Source: Antechinus flavipes (taxonomy: Eukaryota). From it: a stretch of 64,000 nucleotides of DNA. The notes beneath the pieces are model-generated. The model worked only from the letters and a program-made list of their open reading frames with translations. It was not told where the DNA came from and ran no database searches. Shown piece after piece: positions 1-11,559 of this stretch; within the stretch, counting starts at the first letter, position 1, and the number at the start of each line of letters is the position of its first letter. A program made the translations under genes and the position numbers. The stretch is taken from NCBI RefSeq assembly GCF_016432865.1, contig NC_067399.1, forward strand, positions 232,252,001 through 232,316,000, written 5' to 3'.

Positions 1-745
1 AGGAAAAGAAAAATGCAAGCAGACAATAAAGAAGGAGTGGAAATGCTATGTTGTGGTCACACTCATCTCCCAGAGTTCTTTTCCTGGGTGTAGCTGGTTC
101 TCTTCATTACTGGACCATTGGAACTGTTTGGTTCATCTCATTGTTGAAGAGAGCCACATCCATCTGAATTGATCATTATATAGTATTGTTGTTGAAGTGT
201 ATAATGATCTCTTGGTTCTGCTCATTTCACTCAGCATCAGTTCATGTAAGTCTCTCCAGGCTTTTCTGAAATCATCCTGCTGGCCATTTTTTACAGAACA
301 ATAATATTCCATAACATTCATATACTACAATATACCACCATTCTCAAATTGATACCACCTTCTCAAATAGAAAGGCATCCATTCATTTTCCAGCTTCTAG
401 ACACCACAAAAAGGGCTGCCACAAACATTTTTGCACATACGTGTCCCTTTTCTTTCTTTAAGATCTCTTTGGAATATAAGGACAGTAGTAACAGTGGATC
501 AAAGGATATGCAGAGTTTGATAACTTTTTGAGCATAGTTCCAAATTGCTCCCAGAATGGTTGGATCCATTCACAGTTCCATCAACAATGTATCAGTGTCC
601 CAGTTTTCTCATATCCCTTTCAACCTTCATCATTATCTTTTCCTGTCATCCTAGCCAATCTGACAGGTGTGTAGTGATAACTCAGAGTTGTCTTAATTTG
701 CATTTCTCTGATTAATAATGATTTGGAGCATCTTTTCATATGGCT
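1..745 (-). mobile_element. LINE-1 fragment (ORF2 C-terminus and 3' region), degraded
   Basis: Minus-strand ORFs 363-569 (IWNYAQKVIKLCISFDP...MFVAALFVV) and 133-321 (DDFRKAWRDLHELMLSEMSR) resemble the L1 ORF2 C-terminus. The element runs off the window start; right boundary approximate. Confidence 0.8.
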
Positions 746-1226
746 AGAAATAGTTGAGAATCATTTTTAATATAATCTGTAAGAATCCTTCTAGCTGTAA
801 AAGTCTATTTAAATAGGTCATTAACATCCTCCAGATTTTTTGTTTTATGAGCTAGTGTTATGACCAGAAGTTTGCTGTGAAATGGTGTGATTAATACTAT
901 AGTAAGGTTGTAAGAGGTTCTGATTTGCACTAGTCCAAAATGTATCCACACTGAAAAAATCCCAGATTCCTGAAATATTGGAGAATTATGATTAAGTACA
1001 AAATTGGCAAAAATTGAGAACATTTATCAAACAATGAAAAATAATGATGTGTTATTTGTGGTCATGTTTGTCTTTAGATTTAAAAGGAATAAATAAGTAT
1101 AGAAAATCCAGTTGAAATCAGTCCTTTTGTCAATGCTTTATTTGACTGGGCACTGTGTTTCTGCTTTTTAGCTGTTTTTACATAAGGATAAAAACATTTC
1201 AGAGAAACATTTTTATATTTTAATAG

Positions 1227-1306
1227 GTTCTGGTTCTTCAAAATTGTTGCCATTGTTGGTCTAATGGTTGGATCTTTTTACATTCCCGAGGGTCCATTTA
1301 GCACAG
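1227..1306 (+). CDS. SERINC3: Serine incorporator 3, coding exon (exon 4 by human numbering), 80 bp
   Basis: taatag|G...ACAG|gtatga; encodes [26 protein letters not shown]. Earlier exons are outside the window. Confidence 0.93.
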
Positions 1307-1732
1307 GTATGATTTCCAAATTATAAAATACCATAGTGATAAGTTTATAACATTTGTGAAATAAATGGAGGCTAGGTTTTCATGGATATTGATAGCAAAT
1401 GGCCTGGAAACAGTCAAGTTTGCTGTCTTTCCTTGCCATGTTTTAAATACTATGTTTATTAGAAGTACTTTGTAATATGGATGAGCTAATAAAACAACTC
1501 ATAGCATAAGAATTCCAATACCTTTATTTTTAGGTTTTTGTTATTATAATTTGATATTGTTAACATACCTTGAGTGATATGTATGGATTTCTGGTATAGG
1601 TTAAATAAGAATCGAAACAGCCAAAGAACTTCCTGATTTTCTTTACCATGTACGTTGGATTTGAAATCATTTTGATTGTCATGTCTTATCCTATAATGTG
1701 AACTAAGGAACTCTCCTCCTTTTTATTTGTAG

Positions 1733-1870
1733 TGTGGTATTATACTGGAATGTGTGGGGCCTTCCTGTACATCCTCATACAGTTGATACTGTTAGTGGAC
1801 TTTGCCCACTCTTGTAATGAGAATTGGGTTAATCGAATGGAAGAAGGAAATGCTAGATGCTGGTATGCAG
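1733..1870 (+). CDS. SERINC3: SERINC3 exon 5, 138 bp
   Basis: ttgtag|TGTGG...GCAG|gtaggt; encodes [45 protein letters not shown]. Confidence 0.95.
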
Positions 1871-2672
1871 GTAGGTGTCTGAACTGATATTAGAGTATAT
1901 GCAAACCATCAAGTTTGTAAAATTTCAGTTTCAAATGTGTAAAAACCATTGATGAAAAGTTTGGATTTCTTAGAACTATTATTAATTTCTTACTTCAAAT
2001 CTCAATTGAATTTTCAGAATGTTAAGCTAGAAGGGACTTTGGAACATAGAAGGTTAAAACTGGAAGAGACTATCCTAACTCATTTTATAGATTCCCTGAA
2101 ATATGGCTAACATGGAAATAGGTTTCACATGATTTAATATATATAATTGACTTTATTGTTTACATTCTTATTTGGCAGTAAGGGGAGAGGAAGGCAGAGA
2201 ATTTGGAATTTGAAATTTAAAAAGAAAAGAATGCTAATAATGATTTTTTTTTTAAAAAGAAAGTAACGAACTTTAATAGATATAGGGACAGAAGAACACC
2301 AATTTTGTCAGAGGAGATTCAAACTCAAGCCATAGGGGAGATTGCAATGCCTTAAACTATTTGTTTATCTCAAATACAGGTTTTCCTACAGGTAATAATA
2401 CACTGGATTGTTAAACTCTGCTTTTCCAGCCCAAGAAATCAGAATGACAGAATGATCTAGTGTATAGTTTTAGGTGCTTGATGAATTTGAGCAAAGTTAA
2501 CATGTTCTTATAACTTTGGGCCTTCTTAGGTTTCAATTTGTGATCACTGATTATATAAAAGATGAAAGCATGCATCAGTTTATGCATAGGGGAAAGAAAA
2601 AGATCCTTTCCTAAATCCTAGTTGTTTTCTGCTGCAAATTGTGGAAGTTAACATTAATTTTCTGTTTTGTAG

Positions 2673-2842
2673 TTTTACTGTCATGTACAAGCTTCTGCTA
2701 TATCCTGTCCTTCATCGGTGTGGTGCTCTTGTTTGTATTTTACACCAAAGCTGATGCCTGCACTGAAAACAAGTTATTCATCAGTTTAAATTTGATTTTT
2801 TGCATTGTGGTATCCATTGTCTCAATCCTTCCCAAAATTCAG
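2673..2842 (+). CDS. SERINC3: SERINC3 exon 6, 170 bp
   Basis: ttgtag|TTTTA...CAG|gtattg; encodes [56 protein letters not shown]. Confidence 0.95.
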
Positions 2843-3465
2843 GTATTGACATATTTTTTTCTTAAAATTTCCTGCTGAAGTGCTTTTTTGTTAATAGTTC
2901 ATTAAAAAAAAAAATCTATGATTTAAATACCTTGAATTTTTTTTTAAGTTTCAGAAAGCCTAGATTTTAATCCCTGCTGGGATCCACTGACTTTGTTTCA
3001 CCTTGGATAAGTCATTTCCCTTTGGCTAACTGCTCTCTGAATTAGGGTTGTACTTAGATATTTATTTAAGATCTTTTTTAGCTCTAAAAATCTGTTTTAA
3101 TCTCTTAAGGGAAAAATAAAAGAGAATTATTTGTAGGTTTGTATAAATATATTTTGTCCATATGGTTTTAAATAATCTGCTTTGGAAATCAATTCCCAAT
3201 CCCTGTATGATTTAGGCAGACTAAATCTCGTGTCAGAAATATTGTAGAAGGGATCCCTCCACTACATATGTTGCATTAGATCAAGAGTTCTTAACCTGGA
3301 CTCCACAACCTTGTTTTAATTTTTTTAAATAGTTATTTCACTATTACTGTTTTTTTGCAGTCTTATATGTTAATATTGTAGGAAAAATTTTGCTGATAGG
3401 TACTACTACTAGACAGAATCATCGGTGTGTAAACATCTAGGAAGCAAAACCAAGATTTTTATTAT

Positions 3466-4090
3466 GTTCTTAAGTTCAGACTTGAAATCCATGATAAAGT
3501 GTATCCTGTTCAGGTATCAAAATATAGTGCCCGGACTAGCTCTCTGGAGGATCTTGGGAGCAGTCTTGGTCATAGTGAACTAGTGAAGGAGGCAGGAGAA
3601 CCACCACAATGGATGGTCTAAGATGGAGACTCTGTGTCATTTCCAGTCCTCTCAGACCTTAGAGGGTAGGCAGGTTCTTACATAAGGAAAGTCGAAATAT
3701 ACTAAAGATAATTACATTTCAAAGCTAGGTTTGTTGAGATTTATACTTCAAAATTATTTTTGGAGGGTTAACAGTAGACTAATTGAAAGAAGGAAAATTT
3801 ATATGCTAAAAGCTAACCAAGAGCCAGAGCTTGGTTGTGGACATATTAGTAATTTAGATTAGTAATTAGAATTTCTTGGGGAATTGGGGACCATAAATCA
3901 ACTTTCATAAGTTCCTTTTGTTTAGGCTTGGTTCACTCTCCACTCTTGCTCTCCTCTCTCATAGTTTATTTATAAAACTGAACTTGTCTGGACTGGACTT
4001 GTCCTTTAAGGTTTTTTTCCTTAAAGTTCTATATATTTTCTGGGTGGTCCTGTATGAATCATTAAAATCCCAAAGGTTTAAAATTATTAG
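3466..4090. mobile_element. Possible degraded LTR-like repeat
   Basis: The segment near 3590-3680 (gcaggagaaccaccacaatggatggtctaagatggag) resembles marsupial ERV LTR sequence from memory. No TSD found; boundaries uncertain. Confidence 0.3.
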
Positions 4091-4647
4091 AGCTTTTTAG
4101 AGAAAAACTGCTGATTTTTCTTACCTCATAAATTGGTATTCTTTAAAGAACACAAATTATTATTTTGAATTTTGTCTTTAATATGCCATTTTAATAGGTT
4201 TATTTGAGTTATAACAGTTGGAAAGAACTATAAATATCTAAGCCAGTTTAATGTTACTAAATAGGAAACCGAGACTAAAAATGTTGAAATGATGTAAACC
4301 AAGTTTACATTAAGTTAGTAGCAGAGTCCAGGCTAGAATCCATGTCTTCCAACTCCTATTCAAGTAACATACTATTTGTTAGAAATTCGGAATGTTTTAA
4401 TAATGTACTAAAGTGCCATAACTAGTCATATAGTCATAACATGATCCGAGCCTTACCTTTCTTAAGTGGAAGCCATACTACAATGATGCATACTTCTAAT
4501 AATTGAAACTTTACAATCTAAGACCAGTTTAAGGTATCCAATTACCATGCTGTCATTATATAGTTCACATTTATGTAATAATTATAATTCATCTTATATA
4601 ATAAGGTCATGCCTTTTGTAGTTTTGTAAGAGGTATATAAGTTGTAC

Positions 4648-5298
4648 TGTAGTACCAGAGAAACTGAGGCAAGTGGAAACTGGTTTAATTTTAAAGTGGA
4701 GAGTTTAATAAGCCAGCTGACCCACATGGAAATATGTTTCCAAAGCATATGGTACCAGAGAAAGTGAGACACAGAGCTTATAGGGTTTTAGCTAACTAGG
4801 ATTTGCAAGAATACAGAAGCTGATATGCAATTAGCTTAACATGTTGCAGCTGTTGTTATCTTTTGGGAAACACTTCAAAGACAGAACAGGGAAACAAAGG
4901 CAGATGAGGGAGGCAAGGACATTAGGAGGATAGGAGACATAATTCCAAGGAAGGACAAGCATTTTAAGATGAGAACATAATTTAAATCTTGACAGGATAG
5001 GAAGTAAGATAAAAAAGCATAACTCCCTGTTTTGTCAAGGACAGTGAAGTGTGTGGGACAATACTCAAAATCCTGAGGGGAGATGGGAGGGATCATCCTG
5101 GTGAGGATAGAAATAGGGAATTAGACATCTGCATGACGTTTTTCTTTGCTATCCTTCATTGTGACACAATGGTATATTTTAAAAAAGGGGGAGGGAGGTT
5201 TGGAGTTTCCAGGTTTAGAACTCTCTTCTAAACTCAATTTTCCCAGACCTAATTGCAAGGGGGAGGGGGACCTATGGTCTATTTTCCAGGGCTCAACA
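4648..5298 (-). mobile_element. Putative solo ERV LTR, about 651 bp
   Basis: Starts TGT (4648) and ends ACA (5298), so TG...CA on both strands. Flanks gtac/gtat form an imperfect 4-bp TSD. The minus strand has a TATAAG-like box (plus cttata near 4777) upstream of ATTAAA (plus tttaat near 4705). Confidence 0.5.
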
Positions 5299-5679
5299 GT
5301 ATCAGCAGAATCTGTGTGTGGTTGGGGCAATTATTAAGAGCATTTACTCTTTTTCCTTGACTTAGTAGTTTGTATTAATTTTCATTTGAAACGAAAAACT
5401 CTTATTTTTAAAGCTCTCAAGCAGAATACAAAAACCACTTAACTGATATATTTAAGTCAAGAAATTGATAAGTTTGTAAAAGTTAAAGCAGTCTTTAAAA
5501 TGTAATGAGATTTTATTTTGGAAAGAGAGCCTACTATAGTGGAAAAAACATTGAACATAAGAGTCAGGAGACTGGGTTCAAATCCCAGCTTCTCTTCAGT
5601 TTCTGTTCCTCTCTAATCCTCAGTTTTGTCACCTGTAAACATTTGTAAAGAGCTACATAAATGTTAGCAATTTTAATAC

Positions 5680-5684
<5 letters not shown>

Positions 5685-5718
<34 letters not shown>
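5685..5718 (+). repeat. (TG)17 microsatellite
   Basis: Read directly from the sequence. Confidence 0.97.
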
Positions 5719-5727
<9 letters not shown>

Positions 5728-5756
5728 AAAATGTCCTCCCTCTTTTTATTAAACAG

Positions 5757-5847
5757 GAATTTCAGCCTCGCTCTGGCCTTCTCCAGTCCTCTATCATTAC
5801 ACTTTATACCATATATCTCACATGGTCAGCCATGTCCAATGAACCTG
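5757..5847 (+). CDS. SERINC3: SERINC3 exon 7, 91 bp
   Basis: aaacag|GAA...CCTG|gtaaga; encodes [30 protein letters not shown]. Confidence 0.96.
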
Positions 5848-5876
5848 GTAAGAGTTAGTTAATAATATCTATGCTT

Positions 5877-6106
5877 AAATAACTGTTTGGACATGTATAC
5901 TTATATTGTATTTAATTTATACTGTTATATTTAACATGTATTGGTCAACCTGCCATCTGGGGGGGTGAGGGTGGGGGGAGGGGGAAGGAGGAGAAAAATT
6001 GGAACAAAAGATTTGGCAATTGTCAATGCTGTAAAATTACCCACACATATAACTTGTAAATAAAAAGTTATAATAATAAAAAAATTTAATTTAATTTAAT
6101 TTAAAA
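5877..6106 (+). mobile_element. 5'-truncated L1 3' end with A-rich tail and 16-bp TSD
   Basis: G-rich tract and AATAAA/A-rich tail typical of an L1 3' UTR. TSD aata(a/c)tatctatgctt at 5861-5876 and 6107-6122. Confidence 0.8.
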
Positions 6107-6247
6107 AATACTATCTATGCTTGTTTTATCATATTGGTTTTGGATGAAAATTAGAAATAAAACACATGCAAAATAAACTATTTCTGGATGATATTTGAAG
6201 GTATGATACAGCTCTACATTTGCATACATGTTATCTCCTATTTTCAG

Positions 6248-6431
6248 ATCGAACCTGTAACCCAAGCTTATTGAGCATCGTCACGCAGATAACCACACCC
6301 ACCTTGACTCCTTCAAACACAACTGTTTCAGTGTCTACCATTGGTCCTCCATTGTCACAGAACAGGCGGTGGCTAGATTCAGAGAATTTTTTTGGACTTA
6401 TGATCTTTGTCCTTTGCCTTCTATATTCCAC
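6248..6431 (+). CDS. SERINC3: SERINC3 exon 8, 184 bp
   Basis: tttcag|ATCGA...TCCAC|gtgagt; encodes RTCNPSLLSIVTQITTPTLTPSN...LDSENFFGLMIFVLCLLYS. Confidence 0.94.
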
Positions 6432-7163
6432 GTGAGTTTATGAACACAGCACACTTAAATAGTGCCTCCACAGAGTATTTGATTTGATCTTCATAGCAAA
6501 CTTGGAGCAGTTTTCTCTGTTGTCAAAGTGAGAAACTTTGATGTCTCAAAGCCTAAAATGATTCATATTAGATGCCAGTAATGGCAAAGGCTTAAAGAGA
6601 ACCCAGGTGTCCATATTCTGGCCATGATATCACAGCTTTCTAAGTTAGCTTCACACTCAGAATGAGAGTGAGAGACATAATCTACAATAATGGGATCTCT
6701 ACATTTAGTTGTATCCCCAAAATACAGTGAAAACCCTCAGCTGTCCTTTCTAAAGGGAAGTATAAGGGTAGTATCTTTAAGAATACCTGGGTTCTTATAA
6801 TACTGACCCAACTTCATAAGCCTGTTATTGTAATAATAAATAAGCTTTGTCAATAGAGAATGTTAACTATTCATTTGAAACATTCCCAGTTTGAATGAAA
6901 CAGGAGGAATAAATTCCCTAGCTTCTCTGAACTAGCCATGGAGGTAGTTTGCCTTTTCCTTGCTTCTCTAATATATTATGGATAGTAGTAGTTGTATATA
7001 TTAAAGCATATACTACCTGATTCAAGTGGTCTTGTGGCAATCAGCAACGACTGTTAAAAAAAAAAAATAAAGTAGATAAGAGTTAAGAAATTCCAAACCA
7101 TCAGATAATGACAATTAAGTCATATCTCCTTTCTGATTTTTCTTTGTGGGAATTCATTTGCAG

Positions 7164-7391
7164 CATCCGTTCTTCTAACAACAGTCAAGTAAACAAGCTA
7201 ACTTTGTCTGGGAGTGATAGTGTGATACTGGACGATACTTCCTCAAATAGCCCCAAAGATGTTGAGGATGGACAGCCACGGCGAGCTGTGGACAATGAGA
7301 AAGATGGGGTGCAATACAGTTACTCTGCCTTCCACCTGATGATGTTCCTGGCCTCTTTGTACATCATGATGACCTTGACCAACTGGCAAAG
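7164..7391 (+). CDS. SERINC3: SERINC3 exon 9, 228 bp
   Basis: ttgcag|CATCC...AAAG|gtataa; encodes [24 protein letters not shown]...[41 protein letters not shown]. Confidence 0.96.
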
Positions 7392-7678
7392 GTATAAGCC
7401 AAAAAATCAATTTTAGATCTCACGAATTATAATTATTGACAATATAGTGATTGGTGGTTTATAAACTGCTTTTTTATAATGTGATTTAATCTTCATATTC
7501 ATATGAAGAAATAGGTAGCATGTATCCTCATTTTATTATTCTTTTTATACCAGCCCTGTGATTTTATTAGTATAAGAAATTCTCTATCAAAGCAAAATGG
7601 CAACTATCATCTTGTCTTGGGACCCTGAGTTGACCAGGCCAGGATCACACAGCTAACTTATAGCAGAGGCAGGACTGA

Positions 7679-7834
7679 GGGCAGTTGAGTAGTACAGTGG
7701 ATAGAGCACCAGCCCTGAAGTTAGGAGGACCCGACTTCAAAGTTGGCCTCAAACATTAAACAATTCCCAGCTGTGTGACCCTGGGCAAGTCACCTCACAA
7801 TTGCCTCAACTCCCCAAAAAAAGTTAAAAAAAAA
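7679..7834 (+). mobile_element. Short tRNA-derived marsupial SINE (WSINE1-like)
   Basis: gggcag...gatagagcaccagccctgaag...gacc head, gtgaccctgggcaagtca core and A tail. TSD gcaggactg at 7669-7677 and 7835-7843. Confidence 0.8.
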
Positions 7835-8403
7835 GCAGGACTGGCACTTAAATCTTCTGAACTTCAAGGCCAATTATTAATCTACTGTGCAGTGTCACCT
7901 CTTCAGTTCCACTTACAACAAACAAACGATGGCAAAAATTAAGTGACTTGTCCAAAGTCATACAGTTAGGAATGTTTGGGTATAAAGATTCAAATGCTGT
8001 GACTGTCTCTGACATTGATGCTAAAACATTGGTCTTAGTTGATTGCTTTCATAGCTACTGGAGACTTATTACTGGCAGTGTCAGTGATACTGCATGGAGT
8101 CTTTTCGTTAATACAAAATCTTGGAAATTGAAAGTTATCAAATTAGCACTGCTAAATTTTGCCTAGATAACATCTGAGGAGGGAAAAATCAGAATAGACA
8201 CCAACCAGGTTTCAGAATGCTAGCTTATCAAAATACCTTTATTCATTTGTGCATACTGTCTCAAAGATACCTCCATATCACTAGCTGGCTATCATTGGGG
8301 TGGCTGGTCCCTGACAAAGAGGACTCTGTATGAGGCCTATTCTGTGTTCCAGCATTTTGATTAATATAACTCAGGCAAGCATACTCTAATATAACATTTT
8401 CTT

Positions 8404-8682
8404 TCTTTTTTTTTTTTTTTTAATAACTTTTTATTGACAGAACCCATGCCAGGGTAATTTTTTACAGCATTATCCCTTGCATTCACTTCTGTTCCGATTT
8501 TTTCCCCTCCCTTCCTCCACTCCCTCCCCCAGATGGCAAGCAGTCCTTTACATGCTAAATAGGTTACAGTATATCCTAGATACAATATATGTGTGCAGAA
8601 CCGAACAGTTCTCTTGTTGCACAGGGAGAATTGGATTCAGAAGGTATAAATAACTTGGGAAGAAAAACAAAAATAACAGTTT
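8404..8682 (-). mobile_element. 5'-truncated L1 3' end with perfect 15-bp TSD
   Basis: Poly-T tail near 8405-8423. TSD atataacattttctt at 8389-8403 and 8683-8697; the minus-strand target reads TT/AAGAAAA, like the L1 endonuclease site. Confidence 0.85.
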
Positions 8683-9951
8683 ATATAACATTTTCTTAAT
8701 GGTTATGACTCAATCATTTCCCCATGCATGGTTGCTATATAACTACCAGTCTCCTAATTTATCCGGTTGCTTTCTTATCAACGTATATCTGTTAATGTCA
8801 ATCTTATTTCTAATCAGTATAGTCTTGGCTATGTTGTTCCACAGAAAGCACTTTAGAGATCATCTAGTTGAACTTGCTGTCATATTCACAAATCCCTGAT
8901 ACTGTGTTGTGTATTTGACTTTGAGTCAAATAAGTATTTGTATTTCTACTACCTATAAGGTACCATGTTCTTGGGAAAGTAGCTATATTATCAAAGACAT
9001 GGCCCCACTTCTCAGGAGCAGGCAATCTTAACTGGCTGATACCTAGGGAGGCACATTTGTAATACAAATGTCTTTATACTTCTTTGTAATACAAAGGATT
9101 ATGATTTCTTTGGAATAGGGAACTTTCTAGCCTGGATCTTCTTGCCTCTGAGGCCAGATTTTTATCTCCTGCACCAGAGAAGTCAAACTCACTCCTAGTG
9201 CAATCTGAACCAAATTAAAATGTACTAGGAAAATGTTTAACCAAGTTAGTAAGATAGAACACTACATAGATAATGTTAGTTTTTTAAGGTAGTATGTGGA
9301 GTGCAGGGATCAGTTTCCATTTGTGTTTGACAAGACTGCACAATATGCCACATCACAGCTGCCTCTCTTTGTAATACAAAATGAAATTTAGATTCATAAA
9401 AGTGGTGCAAACTAAGATCTGTACATGGCCTATGAAAAGAAGGATCATTATTTTCTTGACCAGAACAAGAGCATATGGTATTTGAGCTGGAATTTAGGAA
9501 AAACTAGTAAAGATAGTAGGGACTGTTTCAAGCAAAGGCAGAAACAAAGCAAGCCCAGGGACATTTTGTAGTTTGTCCCTAGTTCTGTTTGACTGGTTCA
9601 CAAAGTTCATGGCAGGGGAATTTGGGTATCTGAAAAACTTTTCCCAGGGACTACACAGTTATGAAGAAATGGCTAAACTTCCCCAGGATGATGTCCACTT
9701 CTTCATGAAGAGGAACAAAGAGAACAGCTCCCCTCCAAGCCCAAGAGCACAAATAGCATCCTGTCTTGGCTGTGATAGCATCCTTAGAAACTGTACTTAT
9801 TTTGAGTTTGCTTTCAACCAGGATCTCTTGTTTAAATGATTCCTAATCAGATAATGGTATCCACTTCCTAACTATGTCAGGGATTCAGGCAGCAGTCAAG
9901 AGTCCTGGGAAGTAAGGTGAATATTGCCTTAATACCCTCTTTTCTTTGTAG

Positions 9952-10087
9952 ACCTGATGTAGAGTTCCAGACAGTGATCCACAAGTGGCCTGTGTGGGTA
10001 AAAATCGTTTCCAGCTGGTTTTGCCTCATCCTTTACCTCTGGACCCTCATGGCACCCCTTATCCTCACCAACAGAGACTTCAGTTGA
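9952..10087 (+). CDS. SERINC3: SERINC3 last coding exon (exon 10), 136 bp to TGA
   Basis: ttgtag|ACCT...; encodes [44 protein letters not shown], the SERINC C-terminal signature. Confidence 0.96.
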
Positions 10088-10874
10088 GCCTTCAAGAGTC
10101 ATCACACAGTTTTTGTGCCAAGAGCCAACATCCATGTATTTCGCTTCAACTAAAATATTAAGTGAACACTTCCCAAAAGTTTTGGCTCTATCCAGGTATA
10201 TCCAAGGTTACTACATGAATAATGCTTTGAAGCAGGATCTAAACTTTTCCTTTTGATATATTACGTTTATTTGTAACACAAAATACTAGGTGATTATTAT
10301 TGCATTTTTAAAAAGGAACTACAGCTGTGCTGTGAAGAGAATTCTGAAAAAAAAATCTATAGGTTCCTGCAGCTTAAATTTAAATTGTTTAATAGAAAAA
10401 TATGAAGGGTCAGAAACCTTTCTCAATATATACAACTTGAAATACCTTTAGAAAACAAAGAAGAATATCCTACTTCACAAATGCTTTGGTCAATAGAAAC
10501 CTTTTTTCTTGTATTTTTCCTACATTCCAGTGTGCAGGTTTAAGGGATGCACTTGCTCTTTCCTGAGGGAGGACACCCTTGCCCAAGCTAGGGCTCTCAG
10601 AACAGTACATCTCTTGCTTCTGTCACTTAGAAGTTCTTTTCAGATTCATACATTTTTACACTATAATAATATGATGCTGCTTGATCTCAGTCTGTGGCTT
10701 TGCCAAATATAATGATTTCAGTGAATGCTTTCATATTTAATGTAAGTGGAAAATTAGCCTGGAATACTGCTCCTTATGTCCAGTATAATTTCCACATCAG
10801 AAGAAAAATGTGTAAAGCAAAAATGCACGTAAACTTTTCTGTCAGCGCTTCAGCCATTTGCACTGTAACATTTG

Positions 10875-10880
10875 ATTAAA
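10875..10880 (+). terminator. Candidate SERINC3 polyadenylation signal (ATTAAA)
   Basis: ATTAAA with TGTA about 10 nt upstream, about 790 nt after the stop codon. Usage not shown. Confidence 0.35.
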
Positions 10881-11261
10881 AATATCAAGATTTTAAAGAA
10901 ATTTTACAGGGTCTTCCTTAAACAATTTGCCATTTCCTTATCAGCAGGTTTGGCATAGTTGGGAGTCATATTGATGATTATATATTAAGCACACATGAGA
11001 AAGGTGTTCAGCTACTCCTAGAAGGAATGAGAGATAACAGATGAGCCTCTTGAGCTGTACTCTGGTTACCTGCAAGATATTAAGCAAAAAGGAAATTCAC
11101 CTTCTCTTGTGGAAGATTTATGGGAAATAGATGCCAAAGTCGTAGGATTAGAAGATATGATGGATTTAATTGCATCTGGGAAAAGCCTAATTATGCTAAT
11201 GAAATAACTCAAAATAACACATAGGAACCCTTCGCCTGTATGTAGTACTGTGTTTGAGAAA

Positions 11262-11505
11262 GTGAGGTTGTTCAGTGAATAGAGTGCCGGGCCTGAAGTC
11301 AAAAAGATTGATCTTCAGTTCAAATCTGCCTCAGTCACTTACTGGTAGCGTGACCCCCCCCTCAGCAAATCACTTAACCTTGTTTGTCTAAGTTTCCTCA
11401 TCTGTATTAATGAGCTAGAAAAGGAAATGGCAAATCACTCCAGTATCTTTGCCAAAAAGATCCCCAGCAGGGTCATAGAGAGACACGACTGAAAATGACT
11501 GAAAG
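11262..11505 (+). mobile_element. MAR1-like CORE-SINE
   Basis: CORE sequence (agtttcctcatctgta) plus tail gaaatggcaaatcactccagtatctttgccaa...gacacgactgaaaatgactgaa. Confidence 0.8.
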
Positions 11506-11559
11506 CGCACTGCTGTTAAGGATGATACAGAGAAATAGACTGCTTTATTTCAGCATCAG

